Positions 10,454 to 20,384 of a stretch of 64,000 nt of DNA are shown here, piece by piece (positions within the stretch are counted from its first letter, which is position 1; each line of letters starts with the position of its first letter). The notes under the pieces are model-generated. The model worked only from the letters and a program-made list of their open reading frames with translations. It was not told the DNA's origin and searched no databases. Source of the stretch: Savitreella phatthalungensis (Eukaryota). Position numbers and translations under genes: made by a program. The stretch spans positions 124,001 through 188,000 of the forward strand of contig AP039711.1 of assembly GCA_051599415.1 (NCBI GenBank), read 5' to 3'.

Positions 10454-10639
10454 CCCTACCACTGCTCGTACTGACCAGACTACCCGACTACTGACCTTTG
10501 TACTACCTGTGTACTAATCTTTGTACTACCATGTGTAATGCTATGCTTAATATGACTTCGGACTGGGTTACTGTGTTGGTGCGAGTGTGTACGTCACGGT
10601 GGTGGGATCGTTGGTGCAAAAGAGGAAAATTGGAAAAAG

Positions 10640-10650
10640 AAAAAAAAAAA
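10640..10650 (-). terminator. Pol III oligo-dT terminator of tRNA-Thr
   Basis: T11 run on the minus strand, 4 nt downstream of the tRNA discriminator base. Confidence 0.85.
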
Positions 10651-10654
10651 CTCT

Positions 10655-10727
10655 TGCCTTCACGCGGGATTGAACCGCGGACCTCCATCTTACTAAAATG
10701 GCGCTACTACCACTGAGCTATAAAGGC
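10655..10727 (-). tRNA. tRNA-Thr (anticodon AGU), intronless
   Basis: Minus strand reads GCCTTTA TA GCT CAGTGGTAGT AGC G CCATT TTAGTAA GATGG AGGTC CGCGG TTCAATC CCGCG TGAAGGC A: full cloverleaf, A and B boxes, 73 nt. Confidence 0.96.
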
Positions 10728-11047
10728 CAGATGGGATTTTGATGTCCAGATCAAAATATAAACCACTGCTCAAGGCCAGGTGAATGACTGGGAGACCGTC
10801 CTGACACGGCTTGGGGGAGTCTCGATAGATCACGATGGTGACCATGTTGAGCAATAACGGCCAGATGAGCATCTGATGCCTCTCCTGCAATACGAGCCAA
10901 TGGTTAGACTTCACAAAGTCGAGCGAAAGACTGGGAGACTGTCCTTTGACACGGCTCAGACAGACTTGATGATCCACGATGACGGCGGTGATGTTGCAGG
11001 GGAGTGATGATTGTCATGTGGTATTACATCAAAGGGCTACAAAGTTC

Positions 11048-13009
11048 TTACTCTGCCTCGAGGATTTTCAGTGCTGCTAGAAGTCGAGTGGCTTGAGGGT
11101 TTTCGGCTGGTGGTGTGTATGGTTGATCGTTGAGTCTGTCTGAGAGTTTCTGGATGGCATCTTCCAGTCTGGCGACGAGATCTGCCGCTGTGACGTCGTC
11201 GACTTCGGGCACGATGACCTGGGCACGAGGACGCTCAGGAATAGGGGTGAAGGCGCGAGCTAGGAGTGTCTCGATCGTGACATCGTTCGCTGATACGATA
11301 TCGGCATCCTGATCATCGTTCTCGTCATAGGGGCTGTACTTTGGGAAATCTGAGCGAGGTGCGTGTGGGGATTGTTGCGGAAGCGCTGATTGCGTCCTAC
11401 GATGTGCCGAATGGACTCCTGGCTTGGCAGGTGTACGCGGTAGTGGGATGCCACTCGGCGTCCGACCTTCGAGTCGGGAGGATGGCCTGCGTGTTAGACC
11501 ACTGCCAGCAGAAAGATCCCAGCTGCCGAGCCGACCGATGAATTGCTGTTGCCGTGACGGCGGCCGGATTCTTGATTGACGCTGACCAATGGGGAACTCG
11601 TGAAATACCTCCGGTGGCGATGTCTTGGGCGCGTTCGGCTCGACAATTTCCGGCTCAGCAGTTTTCGACAGGGAGTACCGCGTGTGGTCAGGTTCAGAGA
11701 AGCTGCCAGTTGCGGTGTTGCCTTCGCTGCTGCTACTCCCGTCGGAGCGCTTCCGGGGTGGATTGTACAGGAGGTCCCTTGGGTGGCCCTGCATGGTCAT
11801 GAGCTCGTTTGCCGGCTGAGAGAGACGAGGAGGGGTGGCTCGGGTTGGGGAGACACCGTCATTGGACGCGGTCGAGTCAAGAACGAGGGATCTGCGCGCA
11901 TACCCGCCTCCAAACAGCTCACTCTCGAATGTCGGCCTCGGTGAGAAGAGCAGGTCGTCGGTGATGACGGTCACGGTGGACGCGCGTTTCTCAGCGATGG
12001 GTTCTGGGACAGGTTGTGTCGGGGAGATGGAGCGGAAGGCGCCGAGAGGTTGGATCGTCGAGGTTGCCGTTCGTGGAAGCGGATTGGTTATGAGCTCAGA
12101 ATCTCTACGTCTGTCGACGGCGCGAGTGGCTCCGCCGCGCTCGTGTGCCGAAAGCTTCGTGGTGTGGAAGACTGGAATGTGGAAGAGTGCAAGATCAGGC
12201 TCGATTGGTGTCTTCCGTGCCACAGTCGATCGAGCATCAGGAGTGTACCGCTGCTTCTGCTTTGAACCACCTTGGTTTTTCTCACGCAGCCTGTCGATAC
12301 CACCAACCGTGACGACCTCCGGTGGGTAAAAGTCCAAACCAACAAGAGACAACTGTGGATCGTCTTTTGTGATGACGGAGGGACGGGCGTAGGAGAGACC
12401 CTTCGGGGTGGAATAGAATGCCATGACACCAGATTGCTTGCGCGGTGTGACTGGCGGAAGCATGTCTTCCTGATGACGAGAAGCCAAGATTTTCAGGTCA
12501 GGGATCTGCTCAGCCCGAGGACGAGGTGGTCGGACGGGGCGCGTCCGCGCGAGCGCCCGACTTATGACATTTGCATCGATCGACCCGAGTGCTTCACCTC
12601 CTTGAGGTAGAGTACTGCGGATGATCTGGAGTTCGTCCCGGAGCTTTCTTAGCTCTGCTGTGTGGGCAAATGAATCTGAACGCGTGATCATCAGAGACAT
12701 GAGCGAATTGCGAACATTGTCGCGTGGAGACGGGGTCGGAGTCGTCTGCACTGCTGTGGTTGCGGTGGACTTGATGGACGTGGTCGCAGGACTGCCACCA
12801 ACGGAGGTACGACTACGTACACGGGAGATGCTCGACCGTGCGTTCGCCAATTGGAGGTCCACAAGCTCGAGCTTGGCGCGCGCCCTAGCAATGGCGCGCT
12901 CTGCGGCGAGCGATAGCGATTGCGGGGTCATCGCATCCATCCGATCAAAGTCTGACTCTGCTGCTGTCGCTCCTGCCGCTGGAACCGCCGTTGCTGTCAT
13001 CGTTGCCAT
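11048..13009 (-). CDS. Hypothetical S/P/R-rich, largely disordered protein with short predicted coiled coils (about 653 aa)
   Basis: Long open frame; first ATG at 13009 in good context. Helical segments LAAERAIARARAKLELVDLQLANAR and DLVARLEDAIQKL; many SP/TP sites; no recognisable domain. Confidence 0.7.
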   Translation of the reverse strand: MATMTATAVPAAGATAAESDFDRMDAMTPQSLSLAAERAIARARAKLELVDLQLANARSSISRVRSRTSVGGSPATTSIKSTATTAVQTTPTPSPRDNVRNSLMSLMITRSDSFAHTAELRKLRDELQIIRSTLPQGGEALGSIDANVISRALARTRPVRPPRPRAEQIPDLKILASRHQEDMLPPVTPRKQSGVMAFYSTPKGLSYARPSVITKDDPQLSLVGLDFYPPEVVTVGGIDRLREKNQGGSKQKQRYTPDARSTVARKTPIEPDLALFHIPVFHTTKLSAHERGGATRAVDRRRDSELITNPLPRTATSTIQPLGAFRSISPTQPVPEPIAEKRASTVTVITDDLLFSPRPTFESELFGGGYARRSLVLDSTASNDGVSPTRATPPRLSQPANELMTMQGHPRDLLYNPPRKRSDGSSSSEGNTATGSFSEPDHTRYSLSKTAEPEIVEPNAPKTSPPEVFHEFPIGQRQSRIRPPSRQQQFIGRLGSWDLSAGSGLTRRPSSRLEGRTPSGIPLPRTPAKPGVHSAHRRTQSALPQQSPHAPRSDFPKYSPYDENDDQDADIVSANDVTIETLLARAFTPIPERPRAQVIVPEVDDVTAADLVARLEDAIQKLSDRLNDQPYTPPAENPQATRLLAALKILEAE

Positions 13010-13474
13010 TGCGGACACGAAGATCGAAGAGTCTGGTGAGCTGCGCTAGGATGTTATACCTGTGACATGTCTGTGTGCATTTGGAGGGCTCGAGCCAGGA
13101 GAGTCTGATGAGCTGTGAAAGTACTTCGTGAAAGAGCTATTGAGTAGTCGTGAGATTTCGAAGTGGAGACTCGGAAGCGTTCGACGATGTGCGCGTCTGT
13201 GGCCTTTTCGAGGAGACTGTGGAGTGTTGGAGGAGGTTGAAGATGGTGGTTGGTATGACTCTTTGAGGTTGGAGCCTGATCGAGGGTACCCGAACATTTG
13301 ACACGTCTCTTTTTTGGTGTTGGAGATTACCCGTTCCGGAAGAGCTGATGACTCGATTTGGCTGAATTAGGGAATTTCTCTTTTCCCTTTTGTTTTCGCT
13401 TTTTGCTTTGCCTTTTCAGCTTTGATTCTTCTTATAATCAATTAATTGATTGATTGAATTTCGATTGAATGAAT

Positions 13475-15964
13475 TCAGCCGCGGCGCAGAGTCCGGGGAT
13501 GCACGTGCACATGCACAGGTGCTGGTACTGGCACAGGCAGGTCGTCTTGTGGATTGTCTTCCTCGCCACTTGCCTGTAGTTGTGCGTCCTCGTCATATTC
13601 TTCCTCTTCTTCCTCATCGTCTTCTTCTTCTTCTTCTTCTTCTTCCTCCTCATCTTCTCCTTCCCCGTTGCTATCGTCTTCTCCATATTCGCTGCCTGCA
13701 TCACTCCGTAGAGCTGGTGCACTTTGAGAGCGTTTGTCTGCGGCCTGCTGCGCTCGGACGTGCCGATCGAGCTTGCTGACAAGGCCTTGTGATGATGATT
13801 CTCCTTGCTTTGATTCTATCTGCTGGCTAGTGCGAGCGGCTGTGACTGAGGATGGAGCACTAGCTGCTTTGGCAGGCGCAGATCTCGACCGCGGTCTGTG
13901 GCTTGCGCTTTCGTCTTCGACCGCTCTCGCCACAATAGGCTGACGCGTGCTGTGTCTGAGTGGTGGTGGTGGCTTGTGTGTGAGTGACATGCCGGCCACA
14001 CGTGCTTCCACATCGGCGTCTGTTGCCGAGGGCTTTCGCTTGCCGACAGTCCTGTCGCAGGTTGAGAGACTGGACGAACCGCCAGGATGGTGTACTCTGC
14101 TTGGACTCAGTCTTCGGCGTTTCTCCTCAAGTGACGCTTTCGACAGCTGCTCCGAGGGGACTTCTGACTCGCCTCGCTGGCGCTTGCCTGCTGCCGGTGC
14201 TGATGGATGGTGCGAGATGATGGCATGAGCCACGGTGGTCGCGCCTGCTGACGTCGCAGCCGTGTTTGCGTCCTGCTGGGCTTGGAAGGCGCGGTAGGTG
14301 GTCTCGAGTGCACGAATGAGTTGCGTACGCGGTGCGAAGGAGAGTGCTCGGGAGATTAGAGCGGTGTCTGTGACGCCTGCTGCGAGAGTCCGGACTGCTC
14401 GGGAGAGGGAGGCTGATGAAGGGAAAAGCGTGGCAAAGACCTCGGCCATCCGTGTGGGTAGTTCGACATCGCCAAAGAAACCGCGGTCAGCGTCGTCTCC
14501 CGCCCACTCGTCTACGACAGCCTCGAGCGATAAGGCGCCAGGCCGGTCCCCAGGCTCGCAGTCTTCCGCAGCGTCTGCGGATCGCTCGCGCACGTGTAGG
14601 ATGTCGACAAAGCGCGATGCCGGGTCGATCAGATTCCGAAGCTCGTCAGGAGATGCACGAGTCCATTTGGGTTCCGTCAGCGGCCGATCGAGATCGAGTT
14701 CTAATGTGATGGTCCTGTGAGAGGAGAGCTGTCCACCTGTGGGATCGTGTGCGGATCGCCAGGTTGGGGTGCTAATCGATCCAGTCGCGGACGTGGCCGC
14801 TGCCACTGTTGTGGTCGTTGCCCCAGACCGATCCGACCGCTCCGAGCCTCCTGTCCTGTCAGGCCGTAGCAAGGAAGGCGCATCATCTGCAGGCACGAGC
14901 TCTTCAAAGGCTGCCCAGCCGTCTGTGGCAATGACGATCCTGCCGGATGCACGGAGGAAGTCTATCCGGGAGATATGATGAGTAGGGATGACGATCCTGC
15001 GAGTACCGCGTGAATGACTGATGGAGAGTCTGTCTGGGTGGATGAGAGCTGCATCAGCTGCAGAGAGTCGAGCATCCGGTCCGCGGTCGGAAGCCTTACG
15101 AAAGCAGAATCGTACACGCGAGTCACGTGCACCTCCGCTGACAGTCTCATCAGACTGAGATCCTTCGTCTGAGGTCCAGGAACCGCAGTAGACAGCTTTC
15201 AGACGGAAGTCAGAGAATGTGCGGCGAGCTTGCGGATGTCTTGACGCGTCCTGTGGCACGGTTGGCCGACTGTTTGGCGGTCTACCGAAAGAACGCTCGC
15301 TGGCGGGAGACACATGGTTTACCTGCCGACCTGAGAGGACAAGTTCTTGTCCAGTCCTGCTAACGTCGTGATGATGGTGATGCCCATGTGGGTGGTGATT
15401 ATGACTGGACTGATGGCGATTGGCGTGATTGCGCGGGTCTACCCGCTTTCGTTTGCTTGCGTGCTGTGGCGAGACGTGTCGATGGTCACCGTAAGTGCTT
15501 GGTGTCGTTGATGCTCCTCCGTAGTCTGACGACGGCTTAGCTTCGTGTGTATGTGGGAAATTCTGGGGACGATTCATGGGTCTGTGGTGAGGAGCAAGTG
15601 GAACTGGAGGGTTCTGTGGAGGAAAAGGTCGACCCGATTGATAGACCTGTTGTGGATGGAAGGGTGCGTAGGTATTGTAGGGCATCATGTAAGGCTGTGG
15701 AGGTTTCATCTGAGCACGGTAGTCAAATGCTTCTGGTGGTCCGGGAGGAAACGAATGCTGTTGTGCATGCTGATGTGGGTGAGCATGTGAGGACGAATGT
15801 GGATGTGGTTGAGCGTGTTGCTCTGAACGAATTGGAGGCTGCCATGGTGGGCGCATGCCTGGTGGTGTTCTTATTGGAATCGTCTGCGGATGATCCTGAA
15901 TGTCCGGATCCGCTGGGTGATGCTGATGATCTGCGCCGACACCACGCGCATCTTTACTGCTCAT
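13475..15964 (-). CDS. Hypothetical 829-aa protein: H/P/Q-rich N-terminus, central putative beta-rich domain, acidic tail
   Basis: 829-codon ORF starting at ATG. The central segment DFRLKAV...SRVRFCF...DRLSISH...RRIVI...IDFLRASGRIVI looks folded; poly-E tail encoded by a GAA repeat. Confidence 0.8.
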   Translation of the reverse strand: MSSKDARGVGADHQHHPADPDIQDHPQTIPIRTPPGMRPPWQPPIRSEQHAQPHPHSSSHAHPHQHAQQHSFPPGPPEAFDYRAQMKPPQPYMMPYNTYAPFHPQQVYQSGRPFPPQNPPVPLAPHHRPMNRPQNFPHTHEAKPSSDYGGASTTPSTYGDHRHVSPQHASKRKRVDPRNHANRHQSSHNHHPHGHHHHHDVSRTGQELVLSGRQVNHVSPASERSFGRPPNSRPTVPQDASRHPQARRTFSDFRLKAVYCGSWTSDEGSQSDETVSGGARDSRVRFCFRKASDRGPDARLSAADAALIHPDRLSISHSRGTRRIVIPTHHISRIDFLRASGRIVIATDGWAAFEELVPADDAPSLLRPDRTGGSERSDRSGATTTTVAAATSATGSISTPTWRSAHDPTGGQLSSHRTITLELDLDRPLTEPKWTRASPDELRNLIDPASRFVDILHVRERSADAAEDCEPGDRPGALSLEAVVDEWAGDDADRGFFGDVELPTRMAEVFATLFPSSASLSRAVRTLAAGVTDTALISRALSFAPRTQLIRALETTYRAFQAQQDANTAATSAGATTVAHAIISHHPSAPAAGKRQRGESEVPSEQLSKASLEEKRRRLSPSRVHHPGGSSSLSTCDRTVGKRKPSATDADVEARVAGMSLTHKPPPPLRHSTRQPIVARAVEDESASHRPRSRSAPAKAASAPSSVTAARTSQQIESKQGESSSQGLVSKLDRHVRAQQAADKRSQSAPALRSDAGSEYGEDDSNGEGEDEEEEEEEEEEDDEEEEEEYDEDAQLQASGEEDNPQDDLPVPVPAPVHVHVHPRTLRRG

Positions 15965-16344
15965 CTCATGTCTATCGGACGTTGCTGGCTAGGTTGAAGC
16001 GGGCTAAGAAGAAGATGAAGGTGAGTGATTGTTGGTGGATGATCTCCGTGCATCAGTTTTTTGGTGGAGCCGCTAGTGTTTGTTGCCCGAGTGTGCTGTG
16101 CATGCACATATCAGTATTATGTATTGTACGTCGATGTGGATACGTCACAGATAAATGTATTGCGGACACCACAGAGTCTTTTCTCTTTGATCGCATACTC
16201 ACCAAGAAGCACAACAGAGAGAGAGAGAGCGGCATGAACAAGACAGGATCATGGATTACTTTCAACTACGAGGACCTTGATCGAGTATCACTAGATCAGA
16301 ACCGATTGAGGGATCTCTGAAGCATAAGGAATAACCAAGAGTGC

Positions 16345-16376
<32 letters not shown>
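16345..16376. repeat. Compound microsatellite (GT)6(AG)10
   Basis: Read directly; intergenic. Confidence 0.9.
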
Positions 16377-16540
16377 TACTCGTGTATACACGCGCGTGTC
16401 GGTGACTTTAATGAGATATTTATTTGGGGCGGGGCGATTAGGGAGGGTGATGGGAGAGCAGGACGGAGTGTACATGGCTTGACCTGTGACCTTTGACCTT
16501 TGACCTTTGGCAAAGCGAGCGCTTTGGGGGTCAAGGACGT

Positions 16541-16921
16541 TTAGCAGAGAAGACAGCACTCGACGCATTCTTCTGCGGCACAGCAGCAGAGAAGGGCAGC
16601 ACAACAACCTCCTGCTGCGCCTGCTGCTGCACCACCGCCGTTCTGCTTCATTGGCTGCTGCTGGACGTACATGGGCTGCTGTCCGTATCCCTGCTGCGGG
16701 TATCCTCCCTGCTGTGGGTAACCTCCCTGCTGAGGGTAGCCACCCTGCTGTGGGTAGCCACCACCGTACTGTCCCTGTTGAGGGTAACCTCCCTGGTGAT
16801 TGTTGTTGCCAAAGACGCCGCGCTCACCTGCGCCGCCCTGTGCAGGCGGTGGCTGGGAAGGTGCGTTGTAAGGTGCGCCTCCGGCGTTGTTGTTGTTGTT
16901 GTAGTACTGCGCAGCGCTCAT
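16541..16921 (-). CDS. CYSTM-family protein with GGYPQQ repeats (126 aa)
   Basis: G/Y/P/Q-rich repeats followed by PMYVQQQP and the Cys-rich hydrophobic tail GGCCAALLCCCAAEECVECCLLC. Confidence 0.88.
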   Translation of the reverse strand: MSAAQYYNNNNNAGGAPYNAPSQPPPAQGGAGERGVFGNNNHQGGYPQQGQYGGGYPQQGGYPQQGGYPQQGGYPQQGYGQQPMYVQQQPMKQNGGGAAAGAAGGCCAALLCCCAAEECVECCLLC

Positions 16922-18246
16922 ATTGCAAAGTGATGACAGAAGGAGGAGATCAAACTTTTTCGGTGATGTCTCTTGGGAAGATGTGAAAAGGTGGTTGGAA
17001 GATCCGTGGATGATGACGATGAAAGAGAGCGACGATGTTCAGGATGGAATGGATGATCGAGTGATTCGAGACGATCCGTGTCGCAGATTATGCTTGCCGG
17101 CTGGCTTGGCAGGTGGGCGCTAATCTGCCACAGGAGCAAATTGGTTCTGACTGTTAATTATAGTAAATTTATACTTTTGAATGAGATGCAATGCATGGCC
17201 AGGATAATCGATGCTAGGAAGGAATGAGGTCAGAATTTGAGCTAAATCATTAGAAGTCAATTTAATTTCACAGTGTATCCGTTGAATATATGTTCTTCTG
17301 TGAGACTGAATTTATTGATATCATCTAGCAAATTCGTCTTTGAGCCCGTTGGTTCTATTGATTCTGCCTACCTATTCAGCCGGGCCTAGAGCGGGAAATC
17401 ACCATTGCAACGTTCACTCCAGGCAAGTACGAGTACTCGGGTAGGGCCGATCGATCATTGGACCTATGCTGAAAATAGATTGTCCAATAGCTTAGCGATC
17501 TTATGGGTTGTGGTCTGGACATTATATATCGCTGCATAATATCAACATGCAACACATTTACTTTACATCAGACCCCGTCCACTGTAGCTATGAACAGTCC
17601 AGGCCACCCCGAATAGACCCAAGAGCACATGGGTCATCTTATGCACTCTTGGAAACTTCAAAGCATATAAAGCTTACTTGACTAGGCCCAGACCTAGCTT
17701 GTAAACTAGCTTGTGAAAAACCAAGATTGACCAGATGTAACAGGTGCCATTTTACACGATTTTGAGCCGTCCATAGATTGCCGATCTTCTGAAGCATCGA
17801 CAACCGATCTGACCTATGATTGCTTCAGACCGCTTCCCACTCTCTCTTCAGATGGAGACTTCAATTGGAAACACCTGCACATCTCACCCATGCTTCTGAT
17901 CAGGTCTGTCGATTTTAGCCGATGACGACAGATCAGCACGTGTACACAACTCGAGTTCTCCCTCTGTCTGTGAATGCCAAACCCACCCGTGGGTCTCCGG
18001 TGGTTCAAAGAAGATGGACAAGCTCATCGATTGTGGTCCAGTCAGGTAATTGTCATTCCTAGCCTGATCGCCAGGCGTAGTGTAGATGATCACATCCGTC
18101 GGTCACAGATCTGCCTGATCATCTACGACTGTCTCATAAGAGTTCTACATGTGTGATATTCGAGTAATCATACGGCACAAACCTCAATGGAGATAGAAAC
18201 TTCCTTCCGTCAGGCCTCGCTCGCTCGGGTGACAAAAGACTTCTGC

Positions 18247-18973
18247 ACGCGAAATCGGCGACAAGCGAGTTTTCATGGTTGGAGAATACAATATAAAACA
18301 GACGTCACGCGTCATGTTCGGTCACGTCATGAAGACGATCGAGGGTGTACATCTGGAGGTGAACGCGAATAGGTGATGAGAGTTATTTTCAACGCGTCAA
18401 GTTGGATTTGAGAATGAGTTCTCGGGCTGGATGTATAAATGAATGGGTGTAACAATGAAAATGAATATAAAAATGCATTTACGAGTCGCGTGACGGACGG
18501 CAAGCGGAGACGAATGAATTTACAGGTCGCGTGACGACACTCTGATCATTCGTCAAGCTGAGAAAAGCGGGTCAAATTGCAGCATGTAGTCAAGTCAATC
18601 ATTCGCATATGTATATTGGTCGGGGAGACTCGAATTCCACATGCACGCGAGAGAGACACGCGTGTAATCGTGCAAGCTAATAGATGCAGACGTGAATGCA
18701 GCAAATATCGGTGCAAACCTGGATTCAGAGAGGTAGAGGGAGAGTCACGGGATGAGAAGCATATGTCTCTGTCTGTGATGCATGCATTGACCCATGCATG
18801 GTGAATGATTCAGCTCTCCAAGACGAGATTGATTGCATCGATCGCGTGGCTGGAAACGTGGACAGTAGTGTGGTGGGTGATGAGTGATGATGGGTCAGGG
18901 TGAGTGAGTGACTGAAGGCACGTCGGACAATCGAGAATCAGATTGATCAGTATGGAAGCTACAAGATTCGCGT
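18247..18973. promoter_or_regulatory. Cluster of 10 MCB-like elements (ACGCGT/ACGCGA, either strand)
   Basis: Hexamers start at 18247, 18307, 18363, 18392, 18486, 18527, 18645, 18658, 18842 and 18968, in the divergent spacer between the CYSTM gene and the cyclin. Confidence 0.6.
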
Positions 18974-19726
18974 CACTCATGCCGCGTCGATCCATGGAAA
19001 GAGATTATTTGGATGAGCGCGACAGGTTGCTCTCCTGTACTCTTCTAGGGTGTAGAGAGAGCAAATATTATCCGTGCAGAAGGTAGTTCATGTGAAGGGT
19101 GTTACTGAGGGGAGGAGGTTCCAGAGGGGTGAAAGGGAGAATGGCTGGTCGACAGGGGATAGCAATCGATGTATCCAGACGGTCGGTAACTTCGATTTTA
19201 CCGATCCAGAATCCCGTATATAACTATGTCAAGTAGCTTCATATGCTCGATCAGATTGAGATTTAGATACTCCTGTGGTTATGCTTACCACTAGGCTCAG
19301 ATACGTATTTGAATGAAGGTGACGTGTTTAAAGGGGTGCATGGGATGATGGTACGGCATTATTTCATGCATGCATGCATGGACCTATTTGTATCTATTCA
19401 TGCATCTACTTGCGTCTCTGGGATACTTTCACTCACTCAGTCAGTCAGCAGTCTGCAGGTCTGAAGGAATACGTGTCATGGAGTCAAAGCAGCTGAGCCA
19501 GATCTGAATATATACAGAGAAGAGAGAGTAGAGTGAGTAGAGAGAAGCTCAGTGATCCCAAGTATAAACTCGAAATTGGAAAAAGTAGATCAAATTTTGA
19601 AGAATGGAGAGAAAATTGATATCCAAGCTTCTGTAGATGCATCGTACTTGAACAATGGCCGTGATGATTGGTTCGGCTGAAGATGGCAACGGCGCGACTT
19701 TCAACTTGTACTCGTTCCATACAACA

Positions 19727-19741
19727 TTTGTTTTTGTTTAC
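19727..19741 (-). promoter_or_regulatory. Forkhead/FLEX-like site GTAAACAAAAACAAA
   Basis: Exact GTAAACA core about 650 bp upstream of the cyclin ATG. Confidence 0.5.
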
Positions 19742-20384
19742 ACCATTAACTTTCAACTTTTCACATTCTAATGGATTCTTACTAGGCTTGTAGACATCAG
19801 CCGTGACAGTGTTATGTGTGATTAACTTTGATATAATAAGTCCTTTAAAATTTAGGATGACGTGAAATGGCTGGTTGGCTTACACCATTCCCATTCCCGC
19901 TGTCACCAGATCAGGATCCTCTCTCTAGATAACTTTCTCTCCCCTAAGGTCTCTCTAACTCACTACAGCTCTCCACTTGACCTCACTACACTCACTCACG
20001 CGGTAACAGTCTGTCTCTTACTCACTCTACAACATCATCTTCACTCTCATCTCTCTCCGTCTTGTCTCTCAACAGTCCTTCAGAGTCACAAATCTCAAGC
20101 TCCGCATCACAAGGTCTCTCGTTGAACCACAAGCACAAGGAAACACTTGATCTTTCTTCATCAGCGTCCTTCATCATATCATCATCATCAACATCACCAC
20201 CTAGAACTCGACCTATAGTCACTCATCCCTCTTCAAAGCTCCAACTCCACCTGAACTTTTACACGAGAAGCAGCACAGCGTCTCTACGCGTCACGCTTCC
20301 CTCTCACAGGTCGATCCATTCAGACAGATCGTCTTTCTAAATTGCCACGATTAATCCGCTCTCCTGAGCACGCGCCCGACGACC

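Noticed and set aside
13475..13500. C-terminus PRTLRRG of the 829-aa protein as another ubiquitin-tail mimic
   Set aside because: It ends in RG rather than diGly, so it does not match the LRGG recognition motif.
17140..17800. AT-rich non-coding stretch considered as a transposon relic or replication origin
   Set aside because: No terminal repeats, target-site duplication or transposase/RT remnants are visible; origin activity cannot be judged from sequence.
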